Below, in pieces: positions 1 through 7,801 of a stretch of DNA of 64,000 nt. A program made the position numbers and the translations under genes. The stretch is from the IMG/VR virus record IMGVR_UViG_3300030329_003201, positions 1 through 64,000 of that record. One strand, given 5' to 3'. The notes below the pieces were generated by a model. The model worked only from the letters and a program-made list of their open reading frames with translations. It searched no databases and was not told the origin of the DNA. This stretch comes from a virus. The number at the start of each line of letters is the position of its first letter. The stretch's first letter is position 1.

Positions 1-2
1 TG

Positions 3-566
3 TCAATCGTCAATGCAGCCAAGAGGGGCAAGGACTACAGCCTGAAGCGAGCACTGATGGAGAGTAGCCGAATCGCAAAGATGGCCCGGTTCACAGGCAC
101 GGGTGAACTCACCGCCATGCGAGACAAGTACATCAAGAAAGCACTCAAGGCTGTGAAGGACTACGGTCTTGCACCTGTCGGCTACATCCATATGTGGCGG
201 GATAACAATCAGTGGGCCGGTGTGTTCATGGCATCGTGTGACGACCTGGACGAGGTTGACGAGGCGCTGGAGGCAGGGTTCAGGGCGACGGTAGTGCTGC
301 CCCCCACTCATACCGAGCGCGAGTTCACAACGCCAGGAGGAGCCAAGGGCATCGTCTGCCCTGCCATGGTGGCAAAGGACATGGGCAAGAGCCTGACGTG
401 CAACGACTGTCTGTTGTGTGACGGCTCCCGACCTGGACCAGTGATTGGATTCCCCAACCACGGACCCAAGCACCGCCACCTACGGCAACCAATCAAGAGC
501 AAGAAGAAATCAGAATGGAAGTCCGTTGAACTGAAGCGGGCTTCAATCGAAGACTTAGACATTTAA
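3..566 (+). CDS. 5'-truncated Cys-rich phage protein (DUF7227/Gp88-like, possibly metal or Fe-S binding)
   Basis: Frame is open from base 3. Motifs GYIHMWR, MASCD, CPA...TCNDCLLC...IGFPNHG resemble a family common in marine phages. Confidence 0.55.
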   Translation, partial: SIVNAAKRGKDYSLKRALMESSRIAKMARFTGTGELTAMRDKYIKKALKAVKDYGLAPVGYIHMWRDNNQWAGVFMASCDDLDEVDEALEAGFRATVVLPPTHTEREFTTPGGAKGIVCPAMVAKDMGKSLTCNDCLLCDGSRPGPVIGFPNHGPKHRHLRQPIKSKKKSEWKSVELKRASIEDLDI

Positions 567-593
567 CCAACCAACAACAAAGAGAGGCAACCA

Positions 594-893
594 ATGAAAG
601 GCGAATACAAAACACACAGCGAACCGGGCAACGAACAGTACATCATCACAGTTAGGTGGCCGGTGTACATCGAGATGCGAATCGAGGCACCGACAGAGGA
701 GAAGGCTATCGACTTGGTCGAGACACACCTCATGGCAGATGACTTCAATCACCGGGTACCGAGTTCCGTCGAGTTCCGTTGCGGTCCTCCAGGTGAGGCG
801 CTTCATGACATGCAGGCTTTAGTCTGGGATGAGCACATGGAGATCGTCGAGGTCGAGCAGGACAGTCCACCCACAACCCTGGAAGGTGAGTGA
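594..893 (+). CDS. hypothetical protein
   Basis: 99-aa ORF with GAGGCAACC leader; overlaps the next start. Confidence 0.7.
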   Translation: MKGEYKTHSEPGNEQYIITVRWPVYIEMRIEAPTEEKAIDLVETHLMADDFNHRVPSSVEFRCGPPGEALHDMQALVWDEHMEIVEVEQDSPPTTLEGE

Positions 894-1075
894 TGGAATG
901 CCACGTTTGCGGCGAGATTGACACAGCAGACAACTGGTGCAAGTGCATCATCTGTGATGAATGTGGGACCAAAACGCCCGAAGAGAAAATCGTCCACATC
1001 AGTCTTGCCACAATCTCTCGTGCGGCGAAAGAAGGAATGTGGTGCAGCGCTCAATGCGCGGAAGGAGGTGAGTGA
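890..1075 (+). CDS. small Cys-rich (zinc-finger-like) protein
   Basis: CxxC pairs (CHVC, CDEC) and CSAQC; coupled to both neighbours. Confidence 0.6.
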   Translation: MMECHVCGEIDTADNWCKCIICDECGTKTPEEKIVHISLATISRAAKEGMWCSAQCAEGGE

Positions 1076-1449
1076 TGGGAACTTACTACGGATGGAACAG
1101 CAGAAAGGATGTCGTCGAACACCTCGTCGATTCATACAGCGGCGAGCGATTCAGCATCATCGACCGCAAAGCCAAAAACTTTGGACGGCATCTATGGATG
1201 CTCATTCAACCAAAGCAAGGGCCATCGTTTGTCTGCCTGTTCAAGTTGTCATCATACGGCGGCGACTGGGGATACAAAGCCATCGATGAGTCGATGGGGC
1301 CTTGCTACTGGGATTGCCCCGTGTCGCTCATTCAGCAAGCTGACCCGCCGACGACTGAGTACGCAACACAATGGAGGAACGAGGTTCTTCAACAACAAAG
1401 TTCTCAGAAGAGAAGTACACAACAACAACAACACAAGAGAGGTAACTAA
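1072..1449 (+). CDS. DUF6927-like conserved mobile-element protein
   Basis: Signature WGYKAIDESMGPCYWDCP...EYATQWR. Confidence 0.65.
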   Translation: MMGTYYGWNSRKDVVEHLVDSYSGERFSIIDRKAKNFGRHLWMLIQPKQGPSFVCLFKLSSYGGDWGYKAIDESMGPCYWDCPVSLIQQADPPTTEYATQWRNEVLQQQSSQKRSTQQQQHKRGN

Positions 1450-1676
1450 TGAAAAAATATGAAGTGCAACTGCAAAAGCTGATCACGGTGGTAGTGCATG
1501 TCGAATCGGAGTGTGAGGAAGATGCCGAGGTGGTAGCAGAAACATCGGTTGATTTTGACGAGTACCCCGGCAACAACTCTATCGGATTCAAGTCTTGCGA
1601 CGGTAGCGTAGAGATTGAAGGAGTCTACTTTGAAGCCACTGTAAGTGAGCCACGAGTCACAAAATTAATCAACTAA
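1449..1676 (+). CDS. hypothetical acidic protein
   Basis: 75-aa ORF with TAATG coupling and GAGGTAAC leader. Confidence 0.65.
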   Translation: MKKYEVQLQKLITVVVHVESECEEDAEVVAETSVDFDEYPGNNSIGFKSCDGSVEIEGVYFEATVSEPRVTKLIN

Positions 1677-1686
1677 GGAGACATCA

Positions 1687-2013
1687 ATGAAAACAGTAAT
1701 CCATGTCAATCAACATGTGATCCGGGCAAACAAGAAGAAAGGAGAGAACAACCCGGTCATCACATGCAAAAACTACAAGTCAAACACCTACGCACATGAG
1801 GCAATCATCCTTGATGCGAACGGTGAAGAGGTGGCGCGAGTGGTCTACCGACCAAACAAACCACTGCCTTGTGGTGCTCATGTGTGGATTGAAACCCAGC
1901 ACGAGGTGAAGACCAACAACGACGAGGAGTACAACCAAACCTGTGAAGCAATGGACAGACTAACCAACCAAACCCAAGACATCTGGAATGAGGTGACATA
2001 TGAATATACCTAA
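1687..2013 (+). CDS. conserved phage hypothetical protein
   Basis: IHVNQHVIRAN...PVIT.K...VVYRPNKPLPCGAHVWIET, a motif familiar from aquatic phages; AAGGAG RBS. Confidence 0.75.
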   Translation: MKTVIHVNQHVIRANKKKGENNPVITCKNYKSNTYAHEAIILDANGEEVARVVYRPNKPLPCGAHVWIETQHEVKTNNDEEYNQTCEAMDRLTNQTQDIWNEVTYEYT

Positions 2014-2233
2014 TGACTACTACGCATTCGCTGCTCTATACAAGAGGCTGTTCTTTCAATGGATGGGATCCAATCGGAACGTCAGCCTTACAAAGAAAAG
2101 CGAGGTAGTGACAACCCTAAAAGAAATGACCAGGCTTCATCCCTATTGGGTGGAGATGGCCGACAATGAAATCGTAGACGACCTGCGATTGCACAACGAC
2201 ATGAACGCATTCAACATAAAGGACGTGACATAA
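2000..2233 (+). CDS. hypothetical protein
   Basis: 77-aa ORF with GAGGTG RBS. Confidence 0.6.
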   Translation: MNIPNDYYAFAALYKRLFFQWMGSNRNVSLTKKSEVVTTLKEMTRLHPYWVEMADNEIVDDLRLHNDMNAFNIKDVT

Positions 2234-2253
2234 ACAAAAGATTGTGATAAGGT
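2225..2253 (+). promoter_or_regulatory. putative sigma70-type promoter for ardC
   Basis: GTGACA-17 bp-TAAGGT with an extended TG. Confidence 0.4.
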
Positions 2254-2285
2254 ATCAGTACACAAACAAACTTGAGAGGCAACCA

Positions 2286-3293
2286 ATGAAAGATACTAAA
2301 ACAAAATGGGATCCGTACACTCACATCACCGACCTTGTAATCCAGGGACTGGAGAAAGGAGTAGGACCATGGTCAAGACCCTGGAAGGTCAAGCCCGGAA
2401 GCGGTGCTGAACTGAACGGAGTGCTACCCTTCAACCCCTACACTAAGTCAGGCGGTCGAGAATACAACGGCAACAACGCATGGTTGCTCGCTATCCGAGG
2501 CATGGCTTATGGATGGTCAGACCCAAGGTTCTGCACGTTCAAGCAAATGAAGAAGGGCTGGAAGGTAAAGAAAGACCAGAGCGGCGCTAACGGTGGGCCT
2601 GGCCCATCGCATGTGTACTTCTTTGTCGTGAAGAACTATCCCAGGACGAACGTGGAAACGGGCGAACCGATGCTTGATTCCAATGGCCAGCCCATGATGT
2701 GGACATCCTTCAAGCCAAAGGTGTACCGAGTGTGGAACTTTGAACAACTCGAAGGTCCAGAGCCGTGGGTGAACGAGGACGAAGAGGTTGAGGAAACCAC
2801 CGAGCAAGAGCACACCGAACTCAAGCACAAGAAAGCTTGGGGGGTCATCGAGCAGTGGCGCAAGGTTGTCCCCACTAAGTTTGGTGGGGGCCGAGCATTC
2901 TATGTTCCGTCTGCTGACCGCATCCAACTGCCAGAGTACGAGGCATTCGACTCAGAAGAGGACGCGCTGTGTACCGAGTTCCATGAGGACATCCACTCTA
3001 CGGGGCACGAGTCACGAGAGAACCGGGACTTCTCAGGACGATTCGGCAACGCTGCATACGCCTTTGAGGAGTTGGTAGCAGAGCTTGGGGCAGCCAACCT
3101 AATGGCTGCGACCGGAGTTGTAGGCTCAGGCGTTGTTCGAGAAGACCACGTTCAGTACATGGCGCATTGGATCAAGGTGCTCAAGAAGGACAACCGAGCA
3201 CTGTTCACGGCAAGCAAGCTTGCCCGTGAGGCGACCGAGCGGATCCTTGCCAACGCAGAAAAGAAAGCTGTCGCAGACAAATCAGCGGCATAA
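2286..3293 (+). CDS. ardC: ArdC-family anti-restriction protein (ssDNA-binding N-domain plus zincin metallopeptidase)
   Basis: ITD..I..LEKG..PW.RPW, Y.G.N, RF.TFKQ, AFYVPSADRI.LP, HEDIHSTGH (HExxH), YAFEELVAELGA, Y..HW..VLK.D; ATG at 2286 follows GAGGCAACC. Confidence 0.9.
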   Translation: MKDTKTKWDPYTHITDLVIQGLEKGVGPWSRPWKVKPGSGAELNGVLPFNPYTKSGGREYNGNNAWLLAIRGMAYGWSDPRFCTFKQMKKGWKVKKDQSGANGGPGPSHVYFFVVKNYPRTNVETGEPMLDSNGQPMMWTSFKPKVYRVWNFEQLEGPEPWVNEDEEVEETTEQEHTELKHKKAWGVIEQWRKVVPTKFGGGRAFYVPSADRIQLPEYEAFDSEEDALCTEFHEDIHSTGHESRENRDFSGRFGNAAYAFEELVAELGAANLMAATGVVGSGVVREDHVQYMAHWIKVLKKDNRALFTASKLAREATERILANAEKKAVADKSAA

Positions 3294-3301
3294 ACATCAA
3301 C

Positions 3302-3327
3302 GACCTGGGTATGTCAGTAAACTGCCC
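3302..3327 (+). other. compact predicted H-type pseudoknot in intergenic region
   Basis: GAC/GTC stem; loop GGGTA pairs with TGCCC; linker AGTAAAC. Confidence 0.4.
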
Positions 3328-3345
3328 GAACCATTGGAGGCAACC

Positions 3346-3666
3346 ATGCAGAGCATTTTAGAACCTTGGCGAGATGCCAGGATATATTTCTACCTTTATA
3401 TCTGTGACCCTGAACAGTTAGATGTAGAGGCTCCTGAACCGCTACTACCCGAGCACTTACCACAGCTACATGGGTCAGGCGCAAACGGCGTAAGCCTTTA
3501 TGTGACGGACATTTATTACAAACTTGAGTCTCTGTGTGCAGAGCAAGCAAAGCTATCTGCATATGGTCTGGCCATGCTTGATGGCTGGTGTACAGATGGA
3601 ACGATGTCGTACTTGGAAACTGTTTACTACAGGTGTGACGATGAAGCAGAGGTAATTGAAGAATGA
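3346..3666 (+). CDS. hypothetical protein
   Basis: ATG at 3346 after GGAGGCAACC. Confidence 0.6.
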   Translation: MQSILEPWRDARIYFYLYICDPEQLDVEAPEPLLPEHLPQLHGSGANGVSLYVTDIYYKLESLCAEQAKLSAYGLAMLDGWCTDGTMSYLETVYYRCDDEAEVIEE

Positions 3667-4178
3667 GAACTATGACTAAGACACACATTGCTGCAATGGT
3701 TGGCAGCTATCTTGCGATGCGAAAGAAACCACAGAACGTCTTTCTTCACCATGAAATACCAGAAGAGAACCTGTTGATGTCGAACCTTTCCAGATGGAAT
3801 GACGAAGAGGATTGGATCCTTGATAAAGGATGGGACTACATCACTGGCGCTATCAACTACTACAGGTACGGCTTTCCGTTGTCTCCTGGCGAAATGTTCA
3901 AGGCCACAAAGGTTTACGAAGAAGAGGTTCGAAGATCGTTTGAAAACGAAGAGGACTTCTGCGACTACTACCAGCCAAGCGGTGCCGCTACCGTCATACG
4001 ATTGATGAGGGACGCAGCACGCAGCAAGGCAAGAGAACTATACCCATTTCCATATAAGCCAGAGGCGTTGCCTGGGTACAGCGCAACTCCCTGGATTATC
4101 AAAGAGCTTCCCGATGACTTGGCAATCACGTCACCAGTCGGGTTGTTCTCAACCACCGCTGACAGGCCGGATAACTAA
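3663..4178 (+). CDS. hypothetical protein
   Basis: 171-aa ORF with ATGA overlap. Confidence 0.7.
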   Translation: MRTMTKTHIAAMVGSYLAMRKKPQNVFLHHEIPEENLLMSNLSRWNDEEDWILDKGWDYITGAINYYRYGFPLSPGEMFKATKVYEEEVRRSFENEEDFCDYYQPSGAATVIRLMRDAARSKARELYPFPYKPEALPGYSATPWIIKELPDDLAITSPVGLFSTTADRPDN

Positions 4179-4206
4179 AAAAGGAGGAGGCTCCTGCGCG
4201 TCTGTC

Positions 4207-4235
4207 ATCCCGCTGGCACACCGGGATCCTTTTTA
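4207..4235 (+). terminator. terminator-like hairpin with an alternative loop pairing
   Basis: ATCCCG/CGGGAT stem followed by CCTTTTT; the loop is complementary to 4242-4249. Confidence 0.5.
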
Positions 4236-4278
4236 TACACAGTGTGCCACACTTTATACACAAACAACTGAGGCAACA

Positions 4279-4653
4279 ATGAGAGAGTTTACTAATCGAC
4301 AAATGGCCGCTGCTTTCAGAAGCATCGGTTTCAAGAAATCAAACCTACAATTCGCACGCAATGGCTTTAGCTATAAGCATCCAGACGGTGATGCGATCTT
4401 TACCTTTGGCAAGGCTGAGGGCACGAACGTCCTGTCAAGCGCACCTGGAGAGTCCAGGCTTTGGTCCTTCCCTCTTGGGATTACGGAGGAGAAGTTCTTT
4501 GAGTTCCAAGAAGCAGGCATTGTGTTTCCTTGGGACACGTTGAACCAACGGGTAGGCCAACACATCACCAATCGGGAAGTGCTGCTGTGTGTGGCACGAG
4601 CCTATGGATCCATGGTTGAGCGACGGGCAAAGCTCGAAGGAGGTGAGGAATGA
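4279..4653 (+). CDS. hypothetical protein
   Basis: ATG at 4279 after GAGGCAAC. Confidence 0.7.
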   Translation: MREFTNRQMAAAFRSIGFKKSNLQFARNGFSYKHPDGDAIFTFGKAEGTNVLSSAPGESRLWSFPLGITEEKFFEFQEAGIVFPWDTLNQRVGQHITNREVLLCVARAYGSMVERRAKLEGGEE

Positions 4654-4970
4654 GAGTCTATTGCGTTGAGACAAACATCTGTGAGCCTTTCATCCAGTAC
4701 TTCCGGTCACACGTTGCGGCCAGAAAGAGCGCGGTCCAAATCGTTCGGGACTTTGTTCAAGAGGAGCGCAAGTACAACAAGAGCTTTCGGCTGTCAGATA
4801 TTGGGTATGACATCTCTATTCAGATCAAGGCATGCACTGTTGCTAAGACAGACAAGCAAACCATCGTCACGCTGCTCAACAGAGATGCACTGACGATGGA
4901 AGAACAAGTCGTTGAGGAATGGGATCCACAACAAAAGTGGACAAAGCACAACAAAGAAGGAGGTGAGTAA
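4650..4970 (+). CDS. hypothetical protein
   Basis: GGAGGTGA RBS; coupled. Confidence 0.7.
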   Translation: MRVYCVETNICEPFIQYFRSHVAARKSAVQIVRDFVQEERKYNKSFRLSDIGYDISIQIKACTVAKTDKQTIVTLLNRDALTMEEQVVEEWDPQQKWTKHNKEGGE

Positions 4971-6559
4971 TGAGCAACATAGACTTCATCCTTGATGCCT
5001 TCAATGACGAGGGCTTCAAGGGTGCGTCCACCTTTGAAGAGTGGAGAAGAAGACAAGACAACCAGCAGGCTCGCAGGAGTGAGGTTGACCTACAACAAAG
5101 CATTACAAGGTTTGGTGACATGCGTGTTGCCATGCGTTGGAATGAGGCAAGAGAGGACGCCAGACAATCAGACGCCATGGACATTCTCTTGGGCATGATG
5201 GGAATGGACAAAAGAAACTTTGGTATACAGCCAAACATGGAGGTGAAGGCAGGAGATCCCAAAGACTTAAGAGTGGGCAGCCTCAGTGACTACAAGCTGT
5301 TCGATCAAGAGCCAAGCGTCTGGTTCAAAGAACTACTAAGCAGGACCAACATCATTGCCTTTCCTGCTTGGTGGGCCGAAGAAGCGGAGAAGCAACGGCA
5401 CATCTATTTGAGTGTAGAGTCAACTAAGAACATGCGTGTTCCTTTTCCAAGGTGTTCGACAGGGTTTATTCTTGAGGCTTGGAACAAGTGGTATCCGCAA
5501 CAGAATGCGGATGAGTTGAAGCAATGGCAGGAAGATCACCGGGAACTCTCACGGCAAATATGCGAGGCAACACCATTCCCAGAGATGATTCCATACTCAT
5601 CTACCTTCATTGCTTTAGAGCAAGTCGAAGGAGAAGGGGCGGTTCTGTTGTACCAAAGAGTAGATAACCAGCAAAGCACGGTGCGTGAGTACAACTGCCC
5701 TACACATGCTTTCCCTTTCAAGGCAAGCACACACGCTGTACCGCTTGACGCGATTTACTGCGTTGGTTTCCTTCTGGTTCAGATGAAGAACCCAAAGGGA
5801 AGCATAGGGACAATCGTTCTGGGTCTTCATCACGGGTATGTGTTCTCTAATGAACACTGTCCACCAAACAAAGACTTCGTCAAGGTTCCTTTTACATCAC
5901 TCCTGTACATAGAAACCAATAAGGAAATGACGATAGCCCGTCCGGGCAAACCTCCTCAGCTAAAAGCTGTAGCTGAGTGGACCCCTAAAGGGTCTACTAT
6001 CTGCATGACAGTGACGAAAGTCATTCAAGCAATCAATGATCATCGCACGGTTCAGACGGTGTTTAGCAAATCGCAGAAGCGTAAGAAGAAGAAGCTCAAG
6101 AAGTCGAGAGGCATCACTGTTAGACAGTCCCGGTACACCAGAGTTCAGATGAGTAGCGGCACAGTTACTCCTCAAAATAGAGAGGAAGGCAGCGGCATAT
6201 TGCCTCGTTGGAAACTGGGACACAGGATTTCGTGCCGCTCACATGAGCGGTGCTACATCAAGAACGGACCACTGCCCCTTACAGATGATGTTCGCAAGGA
6301 CCTGATTGAGCGAGGCTACACCATCTACACCGACAACCTGGACATCGGGCCAAGGGATGCAAGGAGAATGAGGGACCGGCGTGCTCGTTGGCCAGACGGT
6401 GTGCGCTTCACGGCCATCAAGACAACCATCATCAAAGAGCATGAGCGAGGACCAAAGGACAAGGAGGTAGTGCCTATGATTCTGGTTCCGAAGTCAGAGG
6501 TAGTGAAAGACACGATGGAATTTGAGTTCAACAACAAACTAAAAGGAGATGAGGAATGA
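4970..6559 (+). CDS. 529-aa hypothetical protein with a basic C-terminal third
   Basis: Long ORF, GGAGGTGAG RBS, Lys-rich patch and HRISCRSHER motif. Confidence 0.8.
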   Translation: MSNIDFILDAFNDEGFKGASTFEEWRRRQDNQQARRSEVDLQQSITRFGDMRVAMRWNEAREDARQSDAMDILLGMMGMDKRNFGIQPNMEVKAGDPKDLRVGSLSDYKLFDQEPSVWFKELLSRTNIIAFPAWWAEEAEKQRHIYLSVESTKNMRVPFPRCSTGFILEAWNKWYPQQNADELKQWQEDHRELSRQICEATPFPEMIPYSSTFIALEQVEGEGAVLLYQRVDNQQSTVREYNCPTHAFPFKASTHAVPLDAIYCVGFLLVQMKNPKGSIGTIVLGLHHGYVFSNEHCPPNKDFVKVPFTSLLYIETNKEMTIARPGKPPQLKAVAEWTPKGSTICMTVTKVIQAINDHRTVQTVFSKSQKRKKKKLKKSRGITVRQSRYTRVQMSSGTVTPQNREEGSGILPRWKLGHRISCRSHERCYIKNGPLPLTDDVRKDLIERGYTIYTDNLDIGPRDARRMRDRRARWPDGVRFTAIKTTIIKEHERGPKDKEVVPMILVPKSEVVKDTMEFEFNNKLKGDEE

Positions 6560-6693
6560 TTGAACAAATAGCACTGGGAGTCGCATTGTTTGTATGCGGC
6601 TTCATTATAGGAAGGAGAGTAGAGCGAGACATTACTGAATACTCTCTGCGAAGGGCAGGCATTGAGCTTGTTGAGGAGGAGGATTTGGAATGA
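6556..6693 (+). CDS. small single-TM membrane protein (not in ORF track)
   Basis: MIEQIALGVALFVCGFIIGRRVERD..., ATGA-coupled at both ends. Confidence 0.6.
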   Translation: MIEQIALGVALFVCGFIIGRRVERDITEYSLRRAGIELVEEEDLE

Positions 6694-6908
6694 CTGCGAT
6701 CAGAATCACAAACGAGGAACTACCAGTTCTTATGGAGGCGCTGCACTTCCTTGGTGCTGAGCTTCACCAGAGAATCAATACATATGACCACGACAGTCAA
6801 CTCAGGTGCTCAGAGAAGATGAGGCTTCTTGACCACTTGATAGACGCTTTGAACCATACCCCCAAGGAGGCAACCAATGGGAACGAGATGCATTACCAAA
6901 TTCTTTGA
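6690..6908 (+). CDS. hypothetical protein
   Basis: 72-aa ORF with GGAGG RBS. Confidence 0.6.
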   Translation: MTAIRITNEELPVLMEALHFLGAELHQRINTYDHDSQLRCSEKMRLLDHLIDALNHTPKEATNGNEMHYQIL

Positions 6909-7338
6909 GAGAGGTGTGCCTGTATGCGCTGTATACAGACACTGGGACGGAAACCCTGAGATAGCAATGGCTGACTTGATTCGCTTCTTAGTAGAGCTTG
7001 AAATCAAGGTGACGGATGGCCCGATGTCAAGGACAGCACTTGACGAACCACGGCTTCTTGCAGCCAGATATGTAGTGTACCTGGCGGAGTTGTTCGCTGA
7101 AGAATGGGACGAGCTTCCTATAAACTTCACTGGTGTTGAGTTTGTGGAGCCAGAATCCTACTGCTTCTACGAATACCATGTGCATTGCGACAGGACAGGT
7201 CCTCTTTCGAGAAACCTTCCAGACATCAGAGCTTATGAACAAGGCTCTCCGATGTTTGAGAACATCGGTAAGTATAGAGTGCAAGCATTCCACGAACTAG
7301 ATCTGACAGATTGCGAAACAAGATTGACCGCAAAGTAG
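6877..7338 (+). CDS. conserved phage hypothetical protein
   Basis: MGTR...VYRHWDGNPE...YEY motif; GAGGCAACC leader. Confidence 0.75.
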   Translation: MGTRCITKFFERGVPVCAVYRHWDGNPEIAMADLIRFLVELEIKVTDGPMSRTALDEPRLLAARYVVYLAELFAEEWDELPINFTGVEFVEPESYCFYEYHVHCDRTGPLSRNLPDIRAYEQGSPMFENIGKYRVQAFHELDLTDCETRLTAK

Positions 7339-7353
7339 TAAAGATGATAGCTA
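7324..7353 (+). promoter_or_regulatory. putative promoter
   Basis: TTGACC followed 18 bp later by TAGCTA with an extended TG. Confidence 0.35.
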
Positions 7354-7385
7354 TATTGGCTACTAACCCAGAAAGGAGGGGTCAA

Positions 7386-7577
7386 ATGGCTCGTAAACCT
7401 GCACATACAATCAAAGTAAACCGTGGCCTTAAGGCGCTGGCTAAAGACACTGACTGTCTTTACAAAGCATTCTTGGCCAGCAACGACGGCGCTACTCCTA
7501 AAGAGCGAGAAGATGTTCGTCACGCACTGAAGTTCTTGTCTGGACTTCACGCATGGTGGTCTGACAAACGGTCCTGA
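7386..7577 (+). CDS. 63-aa basic hypothetical protein
   Basis: Strong AAGGAGG RBS before the ATG at 7386. Confidence 0.7.
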   Translation: MARKPAHTIKVNRGLKALAKDTDCLYKAFLASNDGATPKEREDVRHALKFLSGLHAWWSDKRS

Positions 7578-7730
7578 TGTTGGTTGGGAGTCGCACAGGG
7601 AGGCATGGCGACGAGACAAGAGATGCCTCATCTCAAAGTAAGTAGACCTGGCTCTTAAATTAGAGTGAATGTTTAAGAGTGAAACGGCTGAGCAGGAAGG
7701 CATGTCAGCGGTCGGATAGATGCCTTATTT
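7571..7730. ncRNA. candidate tandem pseudoknotted structured RNA (two covarying units)
   Basis: Two units of CCTG..CAGG-R-AGGCATG-N13-AGATGCCT. Pseudoknot pairs GTCGC/GCGAC (unit 1) and GCTGA/TCAGC (unit 2) occupy identical positions. Confidence 0.6.
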
Positions 7731-7732
7731 AC

Positions 7733-7762
7733 TTGACAAGCAGTACAATAAAATGATACACA
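7733..7762 (+). promoter_or_regulatory. putative sigma70 promoter
   Basis: Perfect TTGACA, then TGA-TACACA, in an AT-rich region upstream of 7802. Confidence 0.5.
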
Positions 7763-7801
7763 ATAATATCCACTAAGGATAAAACAAAGAGGCAACTAAA
7801 A

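Noticed and set aside
880-6560. Several early proteins ending in EGE, EGGE or GDEE
   Set aside because: Explained by the overlapping GGAGGTGAG Shine-Dalgarno of the next gene, not by a protein motif.
7605-7658. 17-codon ORF MATRQEMPHLKVSRPGS after GGAGG
   Set aside because: The equivalent position in unit 2 gives an unrelated peptide; the conservation fits base pairing rather than coding. Not fully excluded.
7574-7690. Hammerhead ribozyme suggested by CTGATG and GAAAC
   Set aside because: The CUGAUGA core is broken (CTGATGT) and is not adjacent to the stem that precedes GAAAC.
7601-7725. CRISPR-like or guide-RNA array with 13-nt spacers
   Set aside because: Only two units. The variable segments pair locally in cis, I found no full-length target in the window, and no Cas-like gene is present.
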